In this document: positions 12,586-25,500 of the stretch, in pieces | How the letters are laid out: each line of letters starts with the position of its first letter | How positions within the stretch are numbered: position 1 is the first letter of the stretch | NCBI GenBank assembly: GCA_048213135.1 | Contig: PS015490.1 | Span: 24,622 to 59,363 of the forward strand | Reading direction: 5' to 3' | Length of the DNA: 34,742 bases | DNA from: Reclinomonas americana ATCC 50394 | Lineage: Eukaryota | The notes under the pieces: model-generated | What the model was told of the DNA's origin: nothing | The model's input: only the letters and a program-made list of their open reading frames with translations | Database searches by the model: none | Position numbers and translations under genes: made by a program

Positions 12586-14572
12586 ATGTTCGCCTCAGGT
12601 GCGCCTCTTTCTGCACACACCGAGCATGTCGCACCATGTCTCACTTGTTGTGCGCACACACTCTCTCAGTGCGCGCGACTGCATCTGCGTGCTGGCGTGC
12701 AAGTGCGGCACACAAGCCCTCTGCAGAGTCGCTCTTGTGGAGATGGATGTTGACATCATCATCACAGCAGCCATCGGAGAGAAGACACATTCATGCGACT
12801 GGTGTGTGCCTTACACAAGACGCTCTTTTTTTGTTGCTGCTGCCTAGCTTATGTAGCTGCTGCAGCACCGGCGTGGAAGAACTTTTACGATGTGTTGGGC
12901 GTGTCGCACAGTGCCTCGCAAGACGAGATCAAGAAAAAGTATCGCGAGGTGCGTGTCGTTGCGTTGTGCATGGAGGAGAGTGCCTTTGTGCGTGCTCACT
13001 GTGTGTGTGTGTGTGTGTTCGTGCGCAGTTGGCGAAAAAGTTCCATCCCGACATGAACAAGGAGGATCCGAAGGCGGCGGAGAAGAAGTTCCAGGAGATC
13101 AGTCGAGCGTATGAGGTTTCTTTGCGCAGTTGTCTCTCCCCGCTCTCTCTCTCTCTGTGTCTCACACACGCGCATTGTGTAGACGCTTGGTGATGAGAAG
13201 AAGCGGCGCATGTATGACGCCAGTGGGCACATTGACCCGGATGATCCCGAGGCACAGGCTGGTTCGCACATTCGTTTCCCCCTGTGTCACTCTGCACGGT
13301 CCTTGTTGCTGATCGTGGGTGGTGTGCAGCTGGTAGAGGCTTTGGCGGTGGCTTTGGCGGGTTCGGTGGTGGCTTTGGGCCGTTTGGCGACCAGTTCAAG
13401 GAGCAAACGTTCAAGGATTTCAGTGACTTTTTCGGCTTCCGCGCCGGTGGTGCCTCGCCGCACAGTCTCGATCTGCAGATCTCCATGCGACTGTCGTTCA
13501 TGGAGGCGGTGCATGGAACGGTGAAGAATGGGCTCGTGAAGCGGCAAGTGCCGTGCGTGCCGTGCAATGGCACAGGTGGCACAGATCGCACCACGTGCAC
13601 GGCGTGCGGTGGTCGCGGAACGGTTCGTGACCGCTCGCTCATGCTTCTTCTTCTCCTTCCTCAGCTGACGTGACAGCGGCGCACAGATTTCGATGCAACA
13701 AGGCTTCTTCCAGATGCAAGTCGCCTGTCCCACGTGCCAGGGCGAGGGTCATCGCATCAAGAACCCGTGCAAATCCTGCAAAGGCACCGCCACACAATCC
13801 GAAAAGACGAGTGTGGACATCAAAATTCCACCTGGAGTCGACACGGGCACCACGCTGCGCATTCCGGGGAAGGGCAATGCCGGTCCTCGAAGCGCGCTCG
13901 GCGACTTGTACGTGGAAATCAATGTGGAGCCCGACCGGTTCTTCACTCGCGACGGTCCTGATGTGCACTGCGAAGTTCCCATTACGCTGTCCCAGGTGCG
14001 CAATGCGTGTCGTTGCTCACGTTGTTGCTCTTCTCCACTGACTCTCCTCTGCACAGGCCGTTCTCGGCGGGCACGTGACGGTGCCTACGCTGCATGGCGA
14101 AGTGAAGCTGAAGGTCCCCTCCGGCACACAGCCCAACGACAAGAAGGTGCTGCGTGGCAAGGGCATTCGCAAGCTTACAGATAGAGGCGGCTTTGGCGAT
14201 CAGTATGTGGTGCTCAAAGTCTCCATTCCTCGGTGCGTCTCTGTACACTGCTCCTTCCGCCAGTCGTCGCTCTGCTCACTGCCAAGGGTGCGTGCAGAAC
14301 TCTGACGCCTCGACAAGAGGAGTTGCTGCGCGAGTTTGAGGTGCTGGATACCGGCAACGACGATCACCAGAAGAGAGGCGGTGTGCTGCAAGACACGCTC
14401 AAGAAAGTGCGCGGAGTCGTGTCGGGCGTGAGTTGTCAACAGGTCGTGTGTGTGTGCGGTGCTCATCTGGTAACGTGCGCCGCAGGTCAAGGACTTTTTG
14501 AAGAATGTGTCGGGCAAGGGCGAATCCAAGGACGACAGCAGCGCAGACGGCGGCGGCGGCGGCAAGACGTAG
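12586..14572 (+). CDS. Mitochondrial type I DnaJ/Hsp40 (DNAJA3/Mdj1-like)
   Basis: J domain ([14 protein letters not shown]), G/F-rich linker, four CxxCxGx motifs ([32 protein letters not shown]) and C-terminal domain ([19 protein letters not shown]); 10 exons. Confidence 0.94.
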
Positions 14573-14688
14573 TTGTCGCATCTGAGTGGCTCTGACTGCT
14601 TGTGACCAACCAACCCTCACGTTAGATGTAGTGGGTGAGGTGCGGCGCGCGCACGCAAGTAGTAAAAAGCTATGTCAGTCTGTTTCAA

Positions 14689-15994
14689 TCACAAAACCCC
14701 CGCGAATCCGCGACGACCCGCCGCAGCACCCGGTGACGACGGTGATTCGGCTGCGGCGCTGGCAGTTGTGGTGGTGGTGGTTGTCGTCGTTGCGCCTGCC
14801 ATGCTATCCCGGCCACTGATCGGCGAGTACAGCGCATCCAGCAGCTCGGCCACGGTGATGCCCATCTGTGACTCGACCGAGGAGGCACCGGAGACTCGAA
14901 TGGCCTCGGCCAGGCGATCCTCACAGTCTCTCCGCCGCGCGTACACAATCGCCTGCTGGATGCTGCGACTCCACTCGCGCTGATCCTGCTCCGACTCGCC
15001 ACAAACGTAAAACGTCCGCTCCAATCGCCCGCCGAGACTCGGACCGGCGCCAACCTCGGCTGGTCGAACAGCCGCTTGCACGTGCAGCGCAAAGCAGTGC
15101 TCCTGCGCGGGGGAGGAGTGAGTGAGCGGGGGGAAGGAGAGCTTGGGAAAGGGAGGGAGACAGAGGCGCGTACCCGTCCCACAGTGCCACAGACGAGCGC
15201 ATCCTTGCCGACGCCATCGACAAGGTGTGGTGCGGAGAGGCATGGATCCTCCAATGAGTCGGTGTGGTCGCGCACTTGCCTCTGCGGTTCCACTTCATAC
15301 ACCAGCGATTTCTCGCCGACCACATCCTCATGCGCGTCGGCCCACCTCTCATCTCGCGACGCCACCGTCTTGCACCAGCAGCCGGTTTCGATGAGAATGG
15401 TGGAGATGGGTGAGTCCTGCGCAGGCACGGTCAGCGAAACACAAATCACGTTGACGACGAGAAGCAAAGGCACGCAACATGCGGGCTCTTCTGGTACGTC
15501 AGTGTGTTCTCGTGCAGGTGGAAGAAGCGACGCTGCCATGAATCACGCCCGAACACACCTGGCAGGCGGAGGAGCAATGAGTGTCAAAGTGGATCGCATA
15601 CGGCTCTCTCGTAGACGCGAAATCGACCACGCTGCATCAGCCATCTCTCTCTCTGTGCTGCCTCGCTCACTCGAAGGAGCAAAAAGTACGTGACAAGCTG
15701 GACGACGGGGAACAAAGCAACGTCTTGACTGCAGCACTCGACCAGCACATCGTCTGGTTCGCTGCGACTCACCCTTCTTGTGACCGAGCTTATGCAAGTA
15801 CCCCGTCATTGGTGCCGGTGGATCCGCAGGCAGTGGAACATAGCGAACGCCCACCAGTCGACGAGTAAAGTTGCCACGGGAGACACTGACGCACGAGAGA
15901 ATGATGAGCGCTCGGAACTCGCAGATGATTGTGCGAGGAAGAGATATGAGAGAGAGAGAGAGAGAAGGATGCGTCAGAGTGTGCCTGCGTCTGT

Positions 15995-16036
<42 letters not shown>

Positions 16037-16352
16037 GTGACCGACCGGAGTGTGCTCTTGTTAAATCGCTGCACTGTGGTTCCATCGCGCAATCGAATGG
16101 TGCTTCTCACATCCGGATCAACCCAGTCCGGCTGCATTCCAATGAGAAAACACACACACACACTGACACTGACACACACTCAAGCACACAACAAACCACA
16201 TACTGAACACACATGCAATCAATGACTTGTGTGAAGAAGCACACGGGAAATAGGTAAGAAAAGGCAAGACTTACAGGCGCGGGTGGCGACGGTGGCGCTG
16301 CAGAACTCGCCTGCGCCGCGAGCTTGGCAGCGCGCTCCTGGTACGCCATCAT
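14689..16352 (-). CDS. PH-domain protein (single PH domain with a long internal insertion)
   Basis: Spliced product MTGYLHKLGHKKGVFGRDSWQRRFFHLHENTLTY ... EHCFALHV ... RTFYVCGESEQDQREWSRSIQQAI; 6 exons. Confidence 0.85.
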
Positions 16353-16532
16353 ATATCAAAACAAAAAACGAAAGGACCGGAGGACAGATGAAGGACCGTC
16401 CACACCAATTAGTCGACAGACTCACACGCGCGCACTTCTTCACTCTCTCTCACACACACGCACAGACGCACTCTCTCCCTGTGTGTGCGTGTGCGTGAGC
16501 GAGTGGACGCACGTAGCACAGTACATCCATCA

Positions 16533-19500
16533 ATGCGTCGTCATCATGTGTGTGTATTGCTCGTCATTGTTGCGCTGTGTGCTGTGTGGAGTGCCAGCAC
16601 AGCAGGTATGTGTCACTTTCTCACACACTCTCTCCTCCACACACACACACTCACACACGCATTGTGAACATGTGATTGCGAGAAGTAGACAATACATCCA
16701 TATTCGGCGATGCTCACTCTCTCTCTCTCTCGACATAGATGCCGCCACGTCGCTGAGCTTTCTACCGTACACACCAGTCCGCACAACGCTGACTACAGTT
16801 ACGCCTTCTTCTTCTTCCCGCTCTTGTTTCCCAGCTCACACACAGAACAGCTCTCGCGAACGGTGACTGCCGCCTGTCGATCGTCCGTGTCGGCGACTAC
16901 CTCGGGCATTCTGGTGGAACGCTGGTCAGGGCAGAGTGGAAGTCTAGTGGCCAATGCCAAGTTGCGTTTTTCTCTTTGTTTGATTGGTGTCCTCCCTGTT
17001 GGTATTCTCATCGACGTTACCTTGACCTGAGTAGCTTCTCCGGCACTCCATCTACGTGCTTTGCATTGACGTCGTCGTTTTCGTACTCGACAACCAGTGT
17101 CGGTGAGTTGTTTTTGCTTCGTGTGCCACCGTGCGGTCCACTGATTGAGTGTGGCATGCAGCCAACACATCCACACGGCTGACCGCATTCCTCACGATAC
17201 CCACCGACAGCACTTACAATGTGCGTCATGGGGTCTCGTCATGCTCTGTGTACTGTGTGTGTTCGTGACTGACTGTGTGTTGACGTGCGGCACAGTTCTA
17301 CATGACGTGTAACGACGCCTGTGATCTGTACATCAGTACCACCGGCGATGTGGCCGGTCTCACGAAGGTGGCCAGTGTCGCCACTGGAGTCGCTGATGGA
17401 AACCCTTCGTTTCGAATTCTATCTTCTCTCTGTCTCCCCCACACGTTCACTTGCTGACACATTGGCGTTTGTTGCAGATGGAATCCAGTGCCATCGGCCG
17501 TCTCCCCAGCATACACACTCTCCATCAATCAAGTGATTCTCCTGCAAGTTCTCCACAAGGCACGTTAACGCTGCGCTCGCGAGGTGCGTATCTCCTTTAC
17601 ATTCTTCTCACAAGTATGATGTGCGCGGGCAGAGGGGACCTGGCGGGTCAACAACGCATGTGAGGTATGCTCTGTGCTGTCGACATCTGTCTCCACACAA
17701 TGTCTCCTGACGTGCCACGCGCGCACACACAGTATCGGCTGGAAGTACGGCAGCAACAGCATCGCGACGATTCCTGCTTCACCGTGTCTGGTGGGTGTCG
17801 TTTTCTGGAAGATCATTGGCGGTGCCGATGCGGTGAGTAAGTCTCCACTTTTCGTGTCAGATTTCCACCGACTCGCCCATTCTGACGCCGCTTCATCGCG
17901 CAGGCCAAATTCCTCATAGCCGGCAACCTGCTGCAAGCGAATCAGCTCGGTGGTCTGCGCGGCGACCCGGTGACCATGAACCCCACGTTGGTGGTCACGG
18001 TGCAGGGCGACGACCTCGGCTCCACACCGACCACTGCGTCGTTCAGCTTAACCGAGAGTACGTGATCGCACACTTCAATCCTTCCGCTCACTCTCACGTA
18101 TCCGTCCTCATACTGACTGCCTCGTGCTGCACATCACAGCACCTGTCCCACCGTGGAATGTGCGCCTGCTCACCCGCGACTTCCCCATACCGGCGCCGGC
18201 GTATCCCTACGTCATTACGCAGATTGCAGCTCGTGACGACAACTGCTGCGAGACGTACACGTTTGATATCACGGACAATGCCGGTCAGCCGCTCACTATC
18301 AGCGGCAACCAACTCATCCTCACTGCGATGCCGACAGCATCAACTTTTTCTATCAAAATTCGCGTCACGGATTCGAACGGCTTAGATCTTCAAGTCACGC
18401 AAGCGGTAAGTTTGTGCGTACGTTGACATGGCGCGCCACTCTCGCGTGCTCATTCCTTCCGTTTCTGTGCTACAGTTGAATCTGTTCAGCAATCTGAGCC
18501 TCAGCAACCTCACTTTTACACCGGGAGCCGTGGCTCCGACTGTGATTGGCACGGTGTGTGTTTGTGTATTAGAGTATGACGATCACCGGCAGCGTATATT
18601 TTCTCACCGTCTGCTTTCCAGCTTTCCTATACCTACTCAGGCAATTCCAACAGGAGTCCGACGAGCACTAAAGGCGTGTTGCGCGAGCGTTGGGAGACGC
18701 TCCGTGGACCAAACATTGTCAGTGCCGATTACGCCTCAGTGCCGCTCAGCACGACGAGCGGTACTACCCAGGTGGCCATTCTCACCTCCTCGACTCCACT
18801 CGAATTTCTCACGAATGACGGCGGTATGGCACCATGTCGCCTGACTGCAAGCTTTTTTGGCAGTTCTTGTCGCTCACCACACCACCACCTCCTCTCGTCA
18901 GACAATTACGCCTCGCGACTGTCGGCATACGTCACCATTCCGTCCACCAACACGTACACAGTTGCGCTTCGCTGCGCATTGCCATAAAGTGCAGCAGCTG
19001 CTCACCGTGAACTCTCGTTGCATGCAGTTTTGGGTGGCTGGCGACGACGAGACCGAGTTGTTCCTCAGCACCACCTCGAACCCGGACGACTTGGTGCAGG
19101 TGGCCGGTGTGCCGCCCAACAGCTACTCCAACATTGGCGAGTTCACCAAGTTTGCGGCGCAAAAGTCAGCTGCATTCAGCTTCACCGCCGGCCAAGTGAT
19201 TCTCGTCGAAATTCGCCACAAGGTGACAGGGCAACATTCCCCGCACCACCGTGCTACCCACACGCACTTAACGCATCCATTCATTTTTCGCAGGAAGAGG
19301 CTGTCAACGATTTCGTGCAACTGCGCTGGTCGTACCCACCCAACGCCTCTACACCGGTCAGCATTCCACTGTCGGCATGCGACCCCGCCACCGCCTATTA
19401 CCGCATTGTCGCCGGTTTCGACGGCTCGCTATTCACCATGCAGGGCAGGCAGCTGGTGATCAAGTCGACCACTGGTATCACTGGTCCCACACGCAAGGTC

Positions 19501-22500
19501 ACCATCCAGGTGGACAACAGCCAGGCCAGTACGTCGTCCCAGACGTTCACGCTGACGGAAAGTGCGTCAAGAGTGGTGTCGTCGGGGAGGTTGGGTGTGC
19601 CACTGTGTCTGACTTGCCAGCGCACTTTTCAGTCAACGTGGCGCCGACGAGTATCGCACTGACGTCGTCGACCTACGTGCCACCGGCAACCGCCGGTGCT
19701 CTGGTGGGATCCTTGTCGACCACCGATGCCAACATCTCCGACACCTTCACGTATACCATCACTTCCAGTACGCCTTCTAACGCGTTCACCATTGTCGGCA
19801 ACTCGCTAAAGATCCGAAACGCCGGGCAAACCGGCTCCTTGAGTGTGCTCGTGCGCAGCACCGACTCTGGCGGTCTCTTTGTGGGGCGCACTTTCTCAGT
19901 CACGGAATGTGAGTTGCTGGTCGCATTCCGCCGAGTGCTGGATTAGAAGCTGACAATTGCGCAGCCAATGTCCCGCCCACCAACCTCATATTTACGAACG
20001 CCGTGATGGGTCTGGCCAACAACGTGTATCCGATTCCTATGGTGATGAACACGGTCATCGGCACCGTCAGCGCCAGCGACGCAAACACGGGCCAAACGCT
20101 GACGTACAGCATCACTGGCGGCACCGATGCTGCCAAATTTTCGCTCGGCGTCGACGCGAAGCTGCGCTGTCAGGTGGCGAACCTCACGGGCGACAATCTG
20201 CAAGTGATTATCACCGTCAGCGACGGAGCTGGTGGTTCTCTCTCGCGCACATTTACTTTTAGCGAAGGTTACGCCGCTGTGTTGAGTGTCTCGGTTTCAT
20301 GGGTTGCTTGACTTATACTTGTCGATGTGTTTGAAACAGTCAACGCGGCGCCAACGGCAGTCACCCTCTCGGCGTTGACGTACATTCCACCACTGGCTCT
20401 CAGTGCCGTCATTGGCAATCTGGCCACCACCGACGCCAACTGCTGCCAGACATACACGTACACCATTGTGGGCGGCACCGACATGACCAAGTTCTCCATT
20501 TCGGGCACGCAGCTGATCAACACGGTCAGCGGCTTGCGTGGCGATCCGCTGGAAGTGATTGTGCGGTCGCTGGATACTGGTGGTGCATCGGTGTCTGGCC
20601 GCTTCCTGATCACGGAACGTGAGTGCACTTGGCTGTTGTGCACCTGGTCACTCGTTGTCGTTGTCTGACTGCGTGTGTGTACATGTGGCAGAAAACCTGG
20701 CACCCACCGCCATCAACCTGAGTGCACTGACCTATGTGCCGCCGAGTGTTGCCAACGCGGTCGTTAGCGCTCTGTCGACCACCGATATCAACACTGCTCA
20801 GACGTTCACGTACTCGGTTGTGTCCAGCACGCCGGCCAGCATCTTTACAATTTTCAGCGGACAACTCTCCTTCAGCAGCGCCGCGCAGATGGGCTCACTC
20901 ACAGTGACGATTCGTTCCACTGACAATGGCACACCACCGCTGTCGGTAACTCAGTCGTTCACCATCACCGAGGGTGCGCTGCTTTGATTCCCCGTGTCGC
21001 CGTCTGACATTTGTCGCTGATGGCCTCTCTCTCTCTCTCTCTCTTCCTCTACCTACAGCTAATGTTCCGCCGAGCTCGCTCACCGTTTCCACAACCACGT
21101 ACCAGCCTCATCTCGGGTTGGGTGCCACAGTGGCCACGCTGGCGGTCATTGATGTCAACACGTCGCAAACCATCACGCTGTCCATCACTGGCGGCACAGC
21201 TGCGAGCCAATTCAGCATCAGTGGAACCGTGCTAAAGTCGGCCGTCTCTGACCTCTTTGGCAACAATCTGCAAGTGATTGTTCTTGCTGACGACGGTGCC
21301 GGTGGTCAGCTGTCGAAGACATTTGTGTTCAATGAGAGTTGCGTGCCTTGACAGAGAGTGAGTGCTACGACCATCTTTGTTTGCTGATGCTGTAAGCAGT
21401 CAACACGACGCCGACCGACATTCTGCTCTCGGCGACCTCGTACGATCCCATCATGCTGCCGAGTGCCGCTGTGGGCACTCTGTCGGCGGTCGACGCCAAC
21501 ACGGCACAGACGTATGTGTTCTCCATTGTGCCGACCGGCGACGCAGCGTTTTTCAGCATCAATGGTAACCAGTTGACGGCCGTCGGACCCACCGAATCCT
21601 CGGTGCCACTGTCGCTCACTATCAAAGTCACCGACAATGGTTCCCCGTCGGCCACGTTCACCAAGACATTTTCCATTAGCACCAGTGCGTTGCACAGTTC
21701 ACTGTGTTCATGTGTGCATTTGTTGCTCACCGCTACTCGCAGCCAACTATCCGCCGACTGGTCTTGCGCTGTCGGCCAACACGTATGTACCGCCGCTCAC
21801 GATGAACGCCGTTATCGGCACGCTTTCGGCCACGGACGTCAACTGCTGCCAGACGCTGACCTACTCCATTGTGGGTGGCGCTGACGCTTCCAAGTTCAAC
21901 ATTTCTGGCAACAAGCTGCGCGCCAATGTGGACCCGTTTACCGGCACCGGCCTCAGCGTGATGGTTCAGGTGTCGGACGGTGTCGGTGGCACACAGACAC
22001 TCACGTTCACTATCTCCGAAGGTGTGCCTCCCAGCATTCGTCTCGCCTTGCTTCGATGATACTCATGCAGTCGTCGTCGTCGTGCAAACAGTGAATGTAG
22101 CGTCGACCAGCCTCACCCTCAGCTCCACCACATTCGTGCCGCCGACAGCAGCCCCGAATCAGGCGATCGGCACGCTGGCCACGGCTGATATCAATTGCTG
22201 CCAGATCTTCACATACACCGTGGTGGGAGGCACCAGTGCGTCACTGTTTACAGTGGTCGGTGGCAATCAGTTGGCATTCCGTGCTGCCGCACAGCGTGGC
22301 AACAACTTGCAGGTCACTGTTCGCTCGACTGACGATGCGGCATCACCGTTGTTTATCGAGCAGACATTTGTCATTAGCGAAGGTGAGAAGCGTGCGGCAA
22401 TGATGTGCATCATTTTTGCCTTTTCCATTTTTCTCATCGCTTTGCTGCGAGCAGTGAATCTGCCACCAACGGACATTGCGCTGTCGGCCAACACGTACGT

Positions 22501-25500
22501 GCCGCCAACTGCTGGTGCCAACACCGTCGTAGGCACGCTTACCACTGTCGACGGCAACACCGTGGACTCGTTCCACTACGACATTGTCGGTGGCGCTGAT
22601 ATGGCGCTCTTTGGTGTGCTCGTCGACACGCTGGTTCTGCTTCCCGCTGGTCTTCGTGGCACCGGCTTCCAGGTCGTAGTGCGGACCACCGATCGCTTTG
22701 GTGTCACGTTTGATAAGCTGTTTGTCATCTCCAACAGTTGCGCCTGCGATGCAGTCTCTTTACCGTGGATGTGTGTGTTCTCGTCGCTAACTGCAAGTGT
22801 CTACAGGCAATGTGTCTCCCACCGATATGCTGCTGTCGGGCAACACGTACACACCCAAGTCGGCACGCGGCAACCAAGCAGTCGGCGTTCTCTCTGTACT
22901 CGACGAGAACCTGACGGACACGTACACGTTTGCCATCACGGGTGGCGCCGATGCCTCCAAGTTCAGTATCGTCGGTCGATCGCTTGTCATTAGCGCACCG
23001 TTCACCACCGGCACCGGGCTCCGCGTGTCGGTGACTGGCACGTGCATTGCGTCAGGGGACGTAATCGTACGATCGTACATTGTCAATGAGAGTTTCGTTG
23101 ACGAGTGCGATTACTTGTGTGTGCACGCTGTGGAGTACTTACAGTGCACACGCACAGGCAATGTGATTCCGACAGCCGTGCTGCTGAGCAACACGGCGTA
23201 CGTGCCGCCCGGCCTGCCGGCAACACTGCTGATTGGCAACCTGTCGACTGTAGACGACAATTGCTGCCAGACGGCAACGTACAGCGTCATCGGTGGAGCT
23301 GATGCTGCGCGCTTTTTCGTTGCCGGCGACGTGCTATCTCTTCGCTACACCACGGCTATTGTCAGCTCGTTGCAAGTCATGATTCAGACCGACGACGGCG
23401 CCGGTGGTGTCTTCTCCGACACGTTTACCATCTCTGAATGTGCGCGCAGCGTCATCTGTATTCGTGTCTCGGGTGGAAGTATCCTTTCTCATCATATCCC
23501 TTGTTTTTTTGCACCCACAGCTAACGTGCAGCCGACCGACATTCTGCTGACAGGCCTGTCGTACGTACCGCGCAGCGCCAACAACAACGTGGTCATTGGC
23601 ACATTGTCGTCGGTGGACTCCAATGTCGGTCAGGGCCACACGTATTCCATTGTCGGCGGCGCCGCGCAGGCTCTCTTTGCCATCACTGGCGACGACAAGT
23701 TGACGCTCGTGCCATCGAATGTTACAGGCGATCCGCTTGTCGTCACCGTGCGCACGACTGACGATGATGGATTGTCATTCGACAAGACATTCTCCGTTGC
23801 CGAGGGTATGTATGCTTGCGCAGAGAAGACTGGTGGTGCCGTTGCTGACTGTCTGCTGCATCATCCCCGCAGTGAACATGCCTCCGACTGATGTTCAGTT
23901 GGCTCCTGGAACGTACTCGCCGCCGACGACGTCGCCAAACACCATAGCGGGCACGCTCAGCACCACGGACGACAACTCGGTTGAGTCATTCACGTACTCG
24001 GTGGTTGGCGGCATAGATCGGAGTCTCTTTACGATTGTCAATGGCAACCAGCTGGCGCTGGTGAGCAGCGGACAGCGAGGCACCGGCCTGGCCGTTGTCG
24101 TGCGAACAACAGACTCGGGAGGGGCGTCGTTTGACAAGTTCCTCACCGTCAATGATGGTGCAATGTCACTGTAGCAGTGAGATGCTGGAGATATTCGCCT
24201 CTCATTGTTTGTCTCTTCCATTCGCTGCAGTTCCGGTGCCGCCGACAGGCGCCACGCTCTCTGGCACGTCGTACAGTGCACCAACTGTCATCCCCAACAC
24301 GGCGATTGGCGTGGTGTCTGTCGACGATCCCAATACGACCGACACATTTACTTTTGACATTGCTCCTGGACCAAATGCTGTTGCGTGGACTGTCTACGAA
24401 TGCGCGACGCTTGTCTGCCTTGTTTTTGACTCTTGTGTTGTTTGGGTGTTTCGCAATAGGCGCTGTTCGCCATGGTCGGCAACCAGCTCGTTTTCACACA
24501 AGTGGGTCAACGCGGCGAGTTCGACGTGTCGATTCTGGTGACCGACGCCAGTGGCAACACGATCACCAAGAGTATTCGCGTGACGGAAGGTTGCCGCGTT
24601 GGACATTGTTATCCGTCTCTTGCTGTTCTTGCTCACTTGCTGTTGATAGCACACGTGCTGCCGACCGACATGGCACTGAGTTCGTTGACGTACGATCCGG
24701 GACTGGCAATGGGCGACACTGTGGCCACAATCAGCACATCACACAACAACTGCTGTGTCAGCATCGTGTACACGATTGTCGGTGGAGCCGATGCGGTGAG
24801 CTTGGATTGAGGGGAGTGCCTCTCATAGTCAATTCACATCCTCTTACTCATCGCACGTTGACAGTCCAAGTTCAACATCAGTGGCGGTGACAAGCTTGTC
24901 TCAAATGTGGCGGCACTGCAGGGCAACAATCTCGAAGTGCGGCTGCAGACCGACGACCAGCAGGGCGGCGTGCTGCAAAAGACATTTGTTCTCTCCGAGA
25001 GTTCCGACGCCGCGATCTTCTGCAATCTGTGCCTGGAAAACCGCACTCACTCGCTCCTTTTGTACGATCCGCAGAGAAAGTTGCGCCATCGGCTGTGCGT
25101 CTCTCGAACTTGACGTACACACCGCCGACAATGTCGGGCAACGTGGTTGTTGGCGCGTTGTCGTCGACCGATGTCAACTGCTGCGACACATTCACGTACA
25201 CCATCACTGGTGGCGCCAATCGCACTCTCTTCAATATCTCCGGAGCAAGTCTGCGACTCGGTGCTGCGGGCATCAACGGCGATCCGCTGGTGGTTGCGGT
25301 TACCTCCACTGACCCGGGCGGCATGTCACGCGAAGTCACATTCCTCATTCGCGAGAGTTGAGTGACAGCTGTCTTGTGCGTCTTATTGCACGTGGAGTCT
25401 CATTGCTTGCACAGACAACGTGGCTCCCACGGGTGCGACAATCTCGCCGACGCAGTACAAGGCACCGTTGGCACGCAACGGTGTCATTGGCACCATTCGT

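Noticed and set aside
15560-15772. Second PH domain suggested by ...AAQRERWL...
   Set aside because: This stretch is best read as an intron; removing it joins KLGHKK to GVFGRDSWQRRFF to form a single PH domain.
19562-25414. Introner-like mobile introns within the repeat gene
   Set aside because: The introns share positions but show no evident sequence similarity, inverted repeats or target-site duplications.
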